Shown here: positions 42,303 to 55,694 of the stretch, piece after piece
How the letters are laid out: each line of letters opens with the position of its first letter
How positions within the stretch are numbered: the first letter of the stretch is position 1
Assembly (NCBI GenBank): GCA_964016885.1
Contig: OZ024742.1
Location: forward strand, 174,282,001 to 174,346,000
Reading direction: 5' to 3'
Length of the DNA: 64,000 nt
Source of the DNA: Eledone cirrhosa
Lineage: Eukaryota
The notes under the pieces: model-generated
The model's database searches: none
The model's input: only the letters and a program-made list of their open reading frames with translations
Told to the model about the DNA's origin: nothing
Made by a program: the position numbers and the translations under genes

Positions 42303-43489
42303 ATACCAGCTCAGTAATGAGAAAGTTAGTTATATATTACTAAATCCCTCCAAATTCTGGGCTCTGTTTTAAATTATTTGAAAATCATTGGCAGTGTATT
42401 TCATTAGAAATATGGTTCCGAAAGTGTTAACACCATTCTAAGACAGTTTCACTTTCTAAACAATACAGTAGATACTCAATGCATGAAATACAGTGTAATA
42501 TCAATGAAATATCACAAGAAGGAACAAACTTCCTACTAAAATGTTCCTCACAATATCAATTCTCACTTAAAGCATGCTGTTGTGTCTTTCTACATTATTG
42601 AGATCATACAGGGGTTGATACTAAATCAAATTCTACTCCCCTCACTATTAAATATTCTGCTTGTTATGCACAATGAATATTGAGATGATCTGAAGAATAT
42701 GATATCACAGAGATATGAAGGCGACTCTGATTCCACAAATCACATATAAAAGATTCTTTCTAAGATTGGTTGAGATATTAGCCAAGCAGTAATCTCTTAA
42801 CCGAAAATCAAATTTATTTAGTTTCCTGGAAAATATCATTAGAGAAAGATCTTTAGATTTCATAAATGTGGCAATCAGATTGTTTCAAATGTCAGATCAG
42901 TAAATTATAACGGGTACTACTTACAGCCAGATTGTGTAGGATAGATCAAATATCTGCTTTGTTGGTTGTACAGAAAAGAAATAGAGAAATAGTTTACATT
43001 AGACAACTTTAACACTTGCAATACCAACATGCTTGCGACAATTTCTGGTTCTATAATACAATGTCTATGATTTTTAAGTGAGAATTATTATCATCTGCTG
43101 GCATGGGTTGGACAGTTTAACGTGATTCATGACTAAACTGGTTAGAGAAATACTTCATGCTCATACATTTTATTTTTGGCTTGGTTTCTACAGTTGGATG
43201 TTCTTTCTAGCACTAATCACATTCAGAAAGTATTGTGTGCATTTTACCATTGCCCCAGCACTACATCAACACAACAGTTAGATTATAAGCACAAGTTTAA
43301 TGATGACTTTATTTATGTTATCTTATTAAATCCATCTAAATTCTTGATTATATTCAAAATCAATTAAAAACACAGGCAATGTATATAATTTGAAACATGG
43401 GCATAAAAGGGTTAAAGGACAATATTGATTTTTTTTCATTTGCTAGGCCTCGGTGGGGTGGTGGTAGAAATAGTGCCCATGACATGTGA

Positions 43490-43650
43490 ATGACAATGGA
43501 TTGGTAGAGTGTCAAACAAAGTGCTTTGCAGTATTTGTATCAACACTTTACATTTTGAGTTCAACATTTGGTAAGGCCGGCTTTGTTTATCATCCTTTCA
43601 AATTGGATATGATAAAGTAACAATCAAGTATTTGAATTGAATTTATTGAG
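43490..43650 (+). mobile_element. Degenerate SINE family B
   Basis: GGATTGGTAGAGTGTC..GAGTTCAA..CTTTGTTTATCATCCTTTC. Confidence 0.5.
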
Positions 43651-43904
43651 CTCTGTAAATATGGAAGTCTAGGGAATTTCATCATCATCATCAACATTAT
43701 TATCATCATTATTTAATGGTTGTTCTCCCTGCTAGCAAAGGTTTGTTGAAATGTCAGAGACAAAGTCAGTACGTAATTGTAGTTATTGACTTCTCAGATG
43801 GGAGGGATTAGGGCATCGCTCTCACACACACACATACACACACACACTCTCTCTCTCTCCCTCTCTCTTCCTCTTTCTCTCACTCCCTCTCTGATGAGCA
43901 CTCT

Positions 43905-44170
43905 GAGTGTGTTTTCATGACACCAGCTCTGAAACAACTGAAGAGTCCGCTCAACTCTTTGTTTGACAAGTTTTCTATGGCTCTACACTCTTTCTATCAC
44001 CAACTCTTTTACAGGTTGTAGTGGGATGTTATTTATGGCACCAGCTTTAGAGAGATTGCTGTATCATGTCTAGAAGTCCCTCTCAACATTTTGGCTTGAT
44101 TTCTATGACTCAATGCTTGTTCTATCACCAACTACTTTACAGGGTGCACTGGGTACATTTATTAGAGGCA
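43905..44170 (-). mobile_element. Degenerate SINE 3' subrepeats
   Basis: Repeated TTTCTATG..TTCTATCACCAACT..TTTACAGG units; similar remnants at ~40570-40800 and ~43095-43265. Confidence 0.5.
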
Positions 44171-44639
44171 ACCTCCTCATTATTAACTAGAGTTTGTAGC
44201 ATAACTTAAAAAAGGCTCTTACATAAAATGATGATGGAAAATCGTTAGGTAGATATAAACATTTGTCGAAGAAAAGCAGCTTCATATCATAGAAGCAAGG
44301 CTGATTGAATGTGGGTTTGCATCAAAAGAGTTAAAACTAGCATTAAACTGTAAAACCCAATGATTCATTTGCACACAGCAACAGTTAAAACTATGTAAAC
44401 AACATGAATGGGGAATATTTTTCTGTACCTATGAGTTAATCCACAAATTTCATTCAACTGAAATAGCCCCGTAGGCGTAAAACATTTTTTCTTTTTAATA
44501 TAGATATGTGTTATATATGTATTCCGCTTGAATATGAAGTAATTGCAAATGAGAGGCATCAAATGTTTCATTAAACTAATGCAGTTTGTTGGTCTCAAAG
44601 AAAAACAGATTTAAGAAAATAAATAAATAAATAATTATT

Positions 44640-45665
44640 TGACTCTCAATATCAATATCATTGATTCTGGAGGTCAAGGATTCAAATTTCATGGACAACA
44701 ACAAAGTGGTCATACTGGAAAAATTCCACATCAATCTCTTACTAACCCTTTTATTATCATATTTATAATGGAAGACACTGTTTATGATTTTCAAATAATT
44801 TTGAAATAACCAGGAATTGGAGAGATTTTTTAATACAAACTAACTTCTTCCTTATTAATATTATGTTTGTAACATAAATTAACAAACATTCTTACATAAA
44901 ATTATGTTAGAAGGGATTAAATAAATATAAACTCTTTAACCCTTTAGCTGCCATACTTTTAATGAAAGGCTGTCCTCTATGGTATTCAATAATGTTTAAA
45001 AATAATCGAGAAGTTGGAGGAATTTAATAATGTAACAAACATCCTTATTATTAATCTGGTGTTTGGAAAGTCACATAAGAAATGTTCTTGTTTAAACTTA
45101 TGATGGAAACTTTTAAGATATAGTATATAAACACTTTGAAATATGCAGTTTTGTATCAAGCGAAAGAATCAGAGATGTTTTCAAGTGGGTTAATATCAAA
45201 AGGCTTAAATGTATTCAACTGTTATTGAAGTCTGTTCCAGGTTAGATTTAATTGAGCAGGATTATGATCACAAGTATGATTAATGTCATTGATTCTGGAG
45301 GTCAGTGAATGGAATTTCATGGACAAGAATAGAGTGACCATGCTGTATTAAATTCTATAACAATCTCTTATTGACCCTTCCATTACCATATTTCTAATGA
45401 AAAGCTCTGCCTATGGTTTTTTTAATAAATTTGAAAATAAACAAGATTAAGTTGGAAAGATTTAGTAATATAAGTAACTTTCTCATTATTAATCTGTTTC
45501 AAACAATTTATCAAAACTTCTAATATAGAATTATGGTGGCAGGCTTTTAAATAAATATAAAACTTTCACTTTTTTGTTACCATATTTTTAATTTTTAAGA
45601 TAACCAACAATTTGGAAGGATTTAGTTATATAAGTAACTTCCAGATTATAAATCTGTTTTTTTGA
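44640..45665. mobile_element. Cluster of piggyBac-like MITE copies with a local duplication
   Basis: TTAACCCTTTAGC (44937)...ATCAAAAGGCTTAA (45207); partial copies near 44745, 45373 and 45570; TCATTGATTCTGGAGGTCA at 44659 and 45286. Confidence 0.6.
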
Positions 45666-45799
45666 ATTTAACTTAATATAGGTTCTTACTTATGAGGAAA
45701 CCATTGACTACATTATATCTCGATGCCCACTATTAGCAGGAAATGAATATATCCTTGGCAACAAGACAACAGCATACCTACATAGTAATATCTGAAATG

Positions 45800-46265
45800 A
45801 ATAGCTCATTAACATCCCTGAACACTAGTATGACTGTAAATTAGAAACAGTTGCCAAGAATAGTAATGTTGTCCTAGGCAGACAGATAAGGAAGTCAAAC
45901 CAAACAAGCAAGACATAAAACTCCAATGAAAACACTTCTATGTTGATTGATATATTAATACCAGTAGACTGTAACACATCAATTAAGTCCATGGCAAAAA
46001 ATGTCTAAATGTGAATACCTTGAGATTGAGGTCTCTAGAATGTGGTTCCTGATCACTGAAAACATACAAGTAGTAATTGAAGGTATTGGGTTAATCAAAA
46101 AAAGGCTGAAGACATTCACCAACAAAATCCCAGGCAACATCATCCAATGAGAATACCAAAATAAAAACAACCCTCCTAAGACAGCATATATACCACAGTG
46201 GGTGCTGTCCCCAAAGCAGCTGCATATACCTTGTATAACATCAGCAAAATTGTTTGTGCCTAGTG
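45800..46265 (+). mobile_element. 3' remnant of an RLE-type (R4/Dong-like) non-LTR element
   Basis: Translates to LLIDILIPVD...KCEYLEIEVSRMW...VVIEGIGLIKK. Confidence 0.65.
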
Positions 46266-46312
46266 ATATGAGATGAAAGCAAGAAATTCAAAAATATAAT
46301 ATGAACAATAAT

Positions 46313-46660
46313 AATTGTTTCTACTTTAGGCACAAGACCAGCAATTACCCAGTGCATTACTGGTACTTTATTTTATCGACCCCGTAAGGATGAAAGGCAA
46401 AGTCAACCTCGGCGGTATTTGAACTCAGATCGTAAAGGGACGTAACTATGCTGGAAAGCATGGCGTCCATTATAATAATGATAATTGTTGCTAATTTGGG
46501 TACAAGGCCAAACATTTGTGGGGGAGGGGAAAGTTGTTTAAAATGACCTGAGTGCATTACTGGTGATTTATTTTATCGACACCGTAAGGATGAAAGGCAA
46601 AGTTAACCTTGGTGGCATTTGAACTCAGAACGTAAAGGTCCGTAACTCTATGCCGCTAAG
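46313..46660 (-). mobile_element. Two tandem SINE family B copies
   Basis: Core TTATCGAC.CCGTAAGGATGAAAGGCAAAG at ~46373 and ~46573. Confidence 0.88.
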
Positions 46661-46712
46661 TAATGCTTTCTTCACAGAGCTCACATTAAGGAGACATTAA
46701 AGACACTACAGG

Positions 46713-47513
46713 ATGATACAGTGTGTGTGGGGAAGATCTTGGGTACACAAGAGATGTAGTGGGATAGCAGGCAAACTAACAGGTAGGGAAAACTACGTAT
46801 GCAGTAGATGTACATGGAAAGTGGGCAGCAGTAATCGCAGTGATATACACATTTTTCCAATGCAGGTGGGTTCTATAGAAGTGGTTGATAGCTTCCGGTA
46901 CCTAGGTGATCAGATTAGCATGGGAGGGGGAGGGTTCTGAGGCCATAGAATCTAGAATAAGGACAGGTTGGAAGAAGTTTAGGGAGCTGCTTCCTTTGTT
47001 GACGAAGAAGGGTTTCTCCCTGCGTACGAAAGGACGGTTATATGATGCCTGTGTGAGATGCGCGATGCTGCATGGTAGTGAAACATGGGCAGCAACTGCA
47101 GAGGATATGCGATGGCTGGAGAGAAATGAAGCAAGCATGCTCTGTTGGATGTGGAATGTCAATGTGCATGAACGACCAAGCATAGACGAGTTGAAAAAGA
47201 AACTGGGTATAAGAGGGATACGGTGCGGTGTGCAGGAGAGAAGACTGAGATGGTATGGACATGTGATGCACATGGAGGATGACTACTGGGTAAAGAAGTG
47301 CCAAGAAATCCCAGTAGAAGGAAGACGTAGTAGAGGAAGACCACAAAAAATATGGGCGGAGGTGGTGAGAGCAGACCTCAGATTGCAGAAACTCTCAGAG
47401 GAGATAACGAAGGACCATGAAAAGTGGTGAGATGCTGTACTGAATAGGACCTGTTCCACCCTTACAAGCAGGGAAAAGCGGACGTAAAATGATGATGATG
47501 ATCATGATGATGA
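46713..47513 (+). mobile_element. 5'-truncated RTE-clade LINE (PHD-like Cys insert, RT thumb, (ATG)n tail)
   Basis: WVHKRCSG, VDSFRYLG, MLHGSETWA, RRLRWYGHV, RGRP..W; tail AAAATGATGATG. Confidence 0.92.
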
Positions 47514-47558
47514 TTAAGAAAATAAACATTAAAAAAAAAAAATAATAATAAGGATAAT

Positions 47559-47748
47559 AATTGTTTCTATTTTTGGCACAAGGCCAGCAATTACCCAGTA
47601 CATTACTGCTACTTTATTTTATCGACTCCGCAAGGATGAAAGGCAAAGTTAACCTCGTCAGGATTTGAACTCAGATCATAAAGGGACGTAACTCTATGCT
47701 TCAAAGCATGGTGTTCGACTCTCTATCGATACTGCCAATCCACCGCCC
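47559..47748 (-). mobile_element. Full-length SINE family B
   Basis: From tail TTGTTTCTATTTTTGGCACAAGGCC to head CCAATCCACCGCC. Confidence 0.88.
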
Positions 47749-47749
47749 T

Positions 47750-47781
<32 letters not shown>

Positions 47782-47782
47782 T

Positions 47783-48360
47783 GAAGACAGGACAGACAGA
47801 GAAAAGATATGTGATTATGGATGTATAAAAGTCATATAAAACTAGAAACAGAACTCTTGGTCTGTGCTGCTGAAAAGCTGAGTAGACATTGAAATTTAAC
47901 TACATAGTGTAAACCACACAGCAGAAAATGATAAATGTAGAATTTGTATTGAGAAAGGAGAAACTGTATGGCATATTACAAGTGAATGTTCACCACTAGC
48001 TCAGAAAGAATATAAGTGGTGTCATAATGATGTAAGCAAGGATAGACCATTGGGCATTCTGCAGCAAGTAGGGACTTGACAGGTCAGAAAAGTAGTATGA
48101 ACATAAATCCGAGGGTGTTATAGAAAATGATAATGCAAGGAACCTGTAGAACTTAGTGATACAGTGTGGCCATGAAATGATGCATAGAAAACCAAATATT
48201 GTGATAATTGAGAATAAAAGCAAACAGTGTTGGATCATGGATATAACATGTCCAACTAACAACAAGGTATGCAATGAAGAAAAGAAAAAGTCAATACATA
48301 TGCAGAAAACAGCAATGCTTGCAACAATTCAAATACTCTGGAGGGTGCTTGAAATATAAG
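47783..48360 (+). mobile_element. R4/Dong-like non-LTR 3' fragment (CCHC knuckle + RLE)
   Basis: CRICIEKGETVWHITSEC, RKPNIVIIE..IMDITCP, QKTAML..ILWRVL. Confidence 0.85.
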
Positions 48361-48759
48361 GGAAGATTTCTCAGTTCCCTGGCACTGTACTACATCTCAA
48401 ACATTAGAAGAAGAGTGAACCCTCTACTGATACTGCCAATTCACAGCCCTTATGATAATAATAATAATATTACCTCCACAGAAGCTTTGGAAAAAGTATT
48501 GTTACAAGCACTGCTGAAAAAAGAAAACAAAGAAATTGCTGCTACTTCTAATGATTATTAGTCAAGTAGCAACACAACGGCCACCACTAATACTACAACA
48601 AAAGTAAATATTAACACAGCACAGGCAATATGCAAACAAAAAATAATAATAATGGCAATAATCATATTTCCTTTAATGTAGATAATGATAATTATTTCTT
48701 TATTTATTGATAATCGTAATAATCACTTAAGTAGAAACCTTATATAGGATTTGTTATTG

Positions 48760-51700
48760 TTTCGTCACTGTGGGGTTTCAAAATACTGGGATGGTGGCCA
48801 GCACAGATAAACCAACCTCAATAAGAGTACACAGGCCTCACTAAATTTCTTTAAGCAAACCTGTTTAATGTGTTAGATGAATATAAACCCCCTTGCCAGT
48901 AAGGCTAAAATGGAATTCATAAGTGCAAACTACCTAACTCCCACTTCACACAAGATTATACAAAAGTGATGCAACAGGCTAGGATCGAAAAGTTAGCAGC
49001 TGGAGCAACCTCCCCAAGTTCAGCAGGTCACCAGATTCAGGAAATCCCCAACCTTGGACCAGTAGAACCAACACTAACAAACAACACTGAAAACCAGAAA
49101 ACAAAATAAAAATGGACTATAGAGGAATGTAAACAGCTTATGACAGCATTCTATATGGCATTAAACAACCTCCAATCAAATTTTATGAAACAAACATACA
49201 CTGAATGGAGGAAACTGGTTGGTGAAAACACTTGCCTATATATAGGTGTCAATAAACTAGGTAACACACATAGATACATTCTAAAAGAAAACAAATTGAC
49301 ATTGATTGAATTAGAACAGATAAGAACACAATGTAATAATAGAGAACCAGAAATACTAATACAGCCTAACAACATCAAAACACTGACAGTAACAATTGAT
49401 AACATGTTGGAAGAAATTAACAGGAAGCTTGACGAAAATGGACAGATTAGAAATAGTGGTGAAACTTAAGGTACCAGCTGTTGGGGATAATGAACACTAT
49501 CACAGGATTCTAGAAGGCAATGCAAAAGACATTGTAGAAGCTAAAGAAGACATTGGCAATCTACCTAAATTTCAAAACAACAAAAAGAATGTTCATAAGA
49601 TCAAAATTTACAATGCTGCAATGAAAGAGATTTTAGCAGAAGGTGAAAACAATTTAACCTCTCTTAACAATCTCGTATATTCTAAAGCTATAAGCTGCAA
49701 AATTGGTCTTAAAAATAAAAAAAAAGAAAACAAACATGTTCAAAACCAACCTAAGTGGAAAGAAATACACAGAAAGAAATTGATAAGAAATGTCGATAGT
49801 CAAAGAGCTAGCCAGCGGTGTGAACTTAAAGCAAAAAAAAGTTTTAAAATCATAAGATCACAGATGAAGAGAATCTATTGAACACCAAAGATACTCTGAA
49901 ATAATGCATCCAGGTCAAGGCACAGATAGTTGGTTGATAAAATAAGAGAAGCAAGTTCTACAAGTAAAAAAAAATAATAATCTTTCAAACAGATGTAAAG
50001 AAATTTGACCAGGAAATAGGGAAACACCTAGTGGATATTAAGGAACCACATGACATGAAACAGAAAAAAACCCCCAAAACTATAGATCAGTACAAATAAC
50101 AAAATGCTAACATCTATAATAACTGAACAGATATACAAATACCTTGATGAAAATGAAATCACATCACAAGAACAAAAAGGAGGAAAGTGGAACTCATGGT
50201 ACAAAGACCAGCAAATAAGACGAATCAGAAAATTGTCAATCCAAAAAGAAAAATTAAAGCACTGCTTGGATTGTTTATATAAAATCCTATGACAATGTAC
50301 CACTTGAATGGATATTGGAAGTACTAAACATGTACAAAATATCTCCCATAATATCTAACTTATACAAGTTAGCATGACAAAACGGAGTACAATTCTATTT
50401 TTAAACCATAACAAAGCTGTCATAAAGTCAAATTAACTCAAAATTTATTGCAGAATATTTCAAGATGACTCTATCTCCCCTTCCACTTTTGCCTAGCTCT
50501 CTTTCCTATATCAAGTGAACTCAACACAGGTATATGTATAAGATGAACAACAACAATGAGGTCATTAACCATTTGTTATTTTATTGATGACCTAAAATTG
50601 AAGACTTAAAAACGATTAAGAGTTAGGACATTTAACAACTGTGAAGCAATTTAGCAATAACATTAACTTTGATAAATACACCAAAACAACATTTAAAAAA
50701 GAAAGACTAGCAAAGGCATCATATGTTGAACTTGATTTAGATACAACCATACAAAAGTTTGACACAGAAAACATCTATAAATATCTTGGCATAAATGAAG
50801 GTGATAGTATTAAACATAATCAAATGGAGAAAATATAGTAAGAATATTACAGAAGAGTAAGGCTGATCCTGAAAACTGAACTAAATTCTAAAAACCAGGC
50901 TATAAACACTTTAGCTATACCAGTGGTACAATACAGTTATAACATCATCAATTGAAACACCTGATCTTCAATGAATGGACTCAAAAACACAAAAGCACCC
51001 TATAGCCAACAAAACGCATCACCCCAGGGTAGATATAGGTTATCTATATTTTCCAAGACAAGAGAGAGGTAGAGAGTTAATCCAACTTGAACTGTCATAC
51101 AGAACAGCTACAACAGGCTTACAAACATACCTAGAGGGCACCAATAACTGGATGATGGTGTTAGTAAGAGATCACAAAAACTAAAAGAAACTCCATTTTG
51201 TACTCAAAGAGGCAGGAAAGTACAGAAAAGAATTATAAACTGAAGCCATACACCTAAATAATGAAGCTGACCTAATTCCAATTTTGGCAGCAAAATACCA
51301 CAGAAGAAAGTAAAAATCAGAAGGTTTCAAAACATTTAGAGAAAGATTGCAACAAAAACATCTGCATGACCAATTACCACTTTGCACTCAAGACACTGAT
51401 GTAGATAAAGCCAAAGTCCATCAGTGGCTGTGAAGTTCAGCATTAAAGGCTGAAAAAGAGGGTTTTATTTTTGCTGTCCAGGACCAGAGTCTCTTTACTA
51501 GAAACTATCAGACTGACAGAATATTTATTCTAGAAATGGAGCAGATTCCAAATGCAGGATATGTGACATACAGCATGAAACAATTGACCATAAAATATCA
51601 GGATGCCCCACACTATCACCAACTGATTATAAGTTTAGACATAATAGGTAGGGCAACATATCCACTGGATAAAATGCAATCAATACAATGCAGAACATAC

Positions 51701-52064
51701 AGAAAACTGGTATGAACACAAACCACAACCAATAACAGAATCTGAAGCATGAACAATCCTTTAAGATTTCACCATTCACACAGATCACACTAATAATGCT
51801 AACTGCCCTAATATTATTATTATTATTAAAGAACTTAAAAACAAGACCTGCTTACTCATTGACATGACTGTACCATCTGATAAAAATGAGATAAACAGAA
51901 TGTGGCACCTTAAAACCCAAATTATTCCATTAGTGATAGGAGCACTAGATGTCATAAAGAAAGATGTTCAAAAGGTTCTAGAAAACATATCTGGTAAAGC
52001 TAGCATCTAAAAGAGAGTTCTAACAAGTACTGGCCACATACTTTGTAAAATTTTGTCTTTGTAA
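48760..52064 (+). mobile_element. Near full-length degenerate R4/Dong-like non-LTR retrotransposon
   Basis: KWTIEECK N-terminal motif, IFQDDSISP, FIDDLK, YKYLGI, CRICDIQHETIDH..GC, IDMTVPSD; many stops and frameshifts. Confidence 0.88.
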
Positions 52065-52529
52065 TATAGGTAAACAAACAATCTTTCTGTTTGATTTTTA
52101 TGGTAAGTTTAATTGATATCTAATACCATTCAAATTTCCTAAATGCAAAATTAATTCATATTTTTTATACTCCTTAACAATGTTTCTTATCACCTACTCC
52201 TACCTTTCGATTGTTATTTTCTTAATTTGTTTTAAAGAACCTATTTACCTATCAATTTTTGTGATGAGATTTATTAAGTGAATGTGAGAACAGGAATAAA
52301 ATGCTATTGAAAACTGTCAAGACCAACAATGCCTGTCCCACATATCTGGTTGATTCTTGGTAGTCATTGTATATAGAGCAAAATCAAAGAAAAATGTAAC
52401 AATAATAATGAAACCAATAGAAATTACAATTATAACTAGCAAATCAAAGTAGAGCAAAACAAACCATAGTGGAAACGATGCATTGAAAATGTCATGATGC
52501 ACTTAACTTAAGTTTATGTAAAATTGAGC

Positions 52530-54345
52530 AATGGTTACAGAAAAATGGAAAAACAGTAAAAAGTGAGATATATTAGTCAAGTATAAAATACAGTAATGGA
52601 TCAGTTAAAACAGAGAATGTTGTCAAAGAGCCAGAAGATTAGAAGATATGTGAACAGAAATAAGTATTTCAAGGAGAATAGATTGTTCCAAAATAATCCA
52701 AAACAATCCACAACAAGGAAAGATATTGTTCCTAATGCTGACCATGCTAAGGAGTTTTGGAATGGGATATGGGGAAAAACTGAAACATTGAGAAAGGAAT
52801 GGTGATTGGATAGAACTCATCAAGATAGAGTTTCAAGGAGGAAATACTCAGAGACTTTACCATAAGCACAGTTGATTTGAAAATTCAAGAGCCCAAGTTA
52901 CCAAAGAGGAAAGCTTCTGGTCCAGATTAGATCCATGGCTTTAGCTGAAGAGATGCACTGCTATTCATGAAAGACTGGCAACTCAATTGAATAAATGTTT
53001 CCAGAGAGGTGCAGTTCCCTCTTGAGTGGTAACGGGAAGAAAAATGCTTATAATAAAAGATAGAAGTAATGGGAATGTTGTGGGAAATTTCTGTCTTATA
53101 GCATGTCTGAATATGATATGGAAGGTAGTTACTGGGATATTTACAGAGATGGTTTATACTTTTCTTGTTCAGTAAGGAATACTACTAAGGGAACAAAATG
53201 GATGTAGGAGAAGGTTTCAGGGTACCAAACATCATCTGGTGTTCGATAAGACAGTTTTGAGTCATTGTATAAAACATCACACTAACATGTCTATGGCCTC
53301 GATTGATTTTAAGAAAGCATATGATAAGGTGCCTCATTCTTGAATTGTTGAAGGCCTACAGATGTTTGGTATTACTGGCTACATCACAAATGTTCTTCTG
53401 AATAGTATGCTAGAGTGGAATACCAAGTTGTACTAGAGCAATGTAGTTCTTGAAGAAGTAGAAATTAAAATGGTAACTTCCAAGGTGACTCATTTTCATC
53501 ATTACTATTTGTAATTGCACTTATATCAATGACACTGACACTTAGGAAAGTTAAAATAGGTTAACAATGTAGAACAAAATGACCATTCATCAGCCATCTA
53601 TTTGGGGATCTGAAAACCAGAGAAATTATTTGATTCAAATAGTCCAGATACGTAGCAGTGACATTGGTATGGAATTCAGGATCTCCAAATGCAGATTAAA
53701 TGGTTGTTAAGGAAGAGTTTGAAGAGAAAAGAAAAGAAGATCTTCTGGAAATGAGAATGCACAGGAAGGTTGAAAGAAATACACAATATATCAAGGATAA
53801 AACATCATAGACATGGCTTATGAAAGGCAATTTGAAATGTACCACAGACAGCCTTATAACTGCAGCACAAGCTCTCGTTAACAATTCGGTGAAGCATAAC
53901 ATCTACGAAACTTCTGACACCAAGAAATCCAGACTCTGTAAGAAGAATGTAGAAAATGTAACCCATTTGGTAAGTAGATGTGAGAGCCTTATGCAACAAG
54001 AATACAGGTGCTGTCATAATAGAGTCTGTTTGTATTTTCATTGGATATTATGACATAAATACCAATAGGAAGTAATAGGGAAATGGTATGAACATGTGCC
54101 TTGTAAAGTAATGCAAGAGGCTTGGAAAGCAACAATATTCTGGGATTATGATTTTTATACTGATAGTGTAATTGAGTATCACCACCATGTCAGATTATAA
54201 ACATAGCCATATCAAATTACATGAATTTGCAAATAAAGAGGTTGAAAAATTACCAATTACTCTGAATTCATAGTGGAGATGGCAAGGCTGTTTGGAATGT
54301 GAGAGGGTAATGTGAAAGTGATAGCAGTTGTGATCGGAGCTTTAA
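52530..54345 (+). mobile_element. Another degenerate R4/Dong-like element with internal deletion
   Basis: KIRRY..NRLFQNN, IDFKKAYDKVPH, FQGDS, RLCKKNVENVTHLVSRC, ILWDY. Confidence 0.82.
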
Positions 54346-54379
54346 TGATAATCCTATTGAAACTCTAATATTAATAATG

Positions 54380-54580
54380 ATAATTTCTTATTTAAACACA
54401 AGGCAACACATTTTGAGGGGAAGAGAAAGTTGATTATATTGACTCCAGTACTTGACTGATATTTTATTTTATTGAGCTCGAGAGGATAAAAGGCAATGTT
54501 GATCCAGGCAGAATTGAACTCAAAACATATATCTAAATACAATTAAGATTCATATGGCACTTTACCAATTCGCCCTCTAT
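54380..54580 (-). mobile_element. Degenerate SINE family B
   Basis: GGATAAAAGGCAATGTTGATCCAGGCAGAATTGAACTCA. Confidence 0.65.
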
Positions 54581-54894
54581 AAGATATCTTGAAAAAAGTA
54601 AGAAAAAGTAAAGGATGAAAACTATGAAAAACTTCCATATAACATGGAAAACCCTGGAGACATGCCAACAAAAAAGAGGTTAGAACATTTCAGAAATTAA
54701 AATTGAAAGGGTTAAATTAAGGTTAAAGAAGGAAAGTTAAATAAACAGTTTACCAGCGGGGGTAGGACATAAAATGAATCTATACTTCACTGTTTCTTAA
54801 TATCTGTTATGTGGAAAGATGTGTGTGTAACAAGGTATCTGTGGATTTTCTGTAGATGTCTGTCTGTGTGAGTGGCATCATGTATTTGTTTGAC

Positions 54895-55017
54895 TGGTTT
54901 GTATGTATGAATGTATGTATATAATATGTGTATGTATATATATATATATATATACATATATATAAACACACCCATGCTAGCATGGTAGCGATACGTTAAA
55001 CGATGATGATGATGATG

Positions 55018-55064
<47 letters not shown>

Positions 55065-55330
55065 TACACATATATATATATAAATATATAGGAACCAGTA
55101 AGACCCCGACAGCTGAGCTCAAGCCGTTTCGACGGCTAATTCTGGACTAAATATATATATATATGTGTATGTGTGTGTGTATATATACGTGTGTGTATAT
55201 ATGTGTATGTGTGTGTGTATATATATGTGTGTGTGTATATATACGTATATATACGTCCCACCCTTGCAAGGAGGGAAAAGCGGACATAAAATGATGATGC
55301 TGATGATGATGATATACGTATGTATATACA
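54895..55330. repeat. Microsatellite mosaic containing two orphan RTE-type tails
   Basis: ACCCATGCTAGCATGG..(GAT)n at ~54970; CCCTTGCAAGGAGGGAAAAGCGGAC..(GAT)n at ~55261. Confidence 0.75.
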
Positions 55331-55612
55331 GCTTCAAATTGGCTGATTATGAATGCACATGTCTTGTTCCAGTAAAAATGCTTTCTATTTCTCAATTTCT
55401 CATTCTATCTTCCAATGAAAGATTGATATCTGAAATAGTAAGACATTTTTCCTATTATATCAAGTGTTAAACTAATATATATCATCATTGAATAGTATTT
55501 TTCTCCAATGTTGACTTTTTGCACATTCACACACAAAGCTCAGAAGATTAAAATCCAATGAGAAGTAAACAAAAGTTATTTCTCTCTCTGTCTCATCTCT
55601 CTCTCTCTGCAA

Positions 55613-55692
<80 letters not shown>

Positions 55693-55694
<2 letters not shown>

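Noticed and set aside
43891-43935. CTGATGAG followed by a small hairpin
   Set aside because: No GAAA directly after the stem and no closing stems
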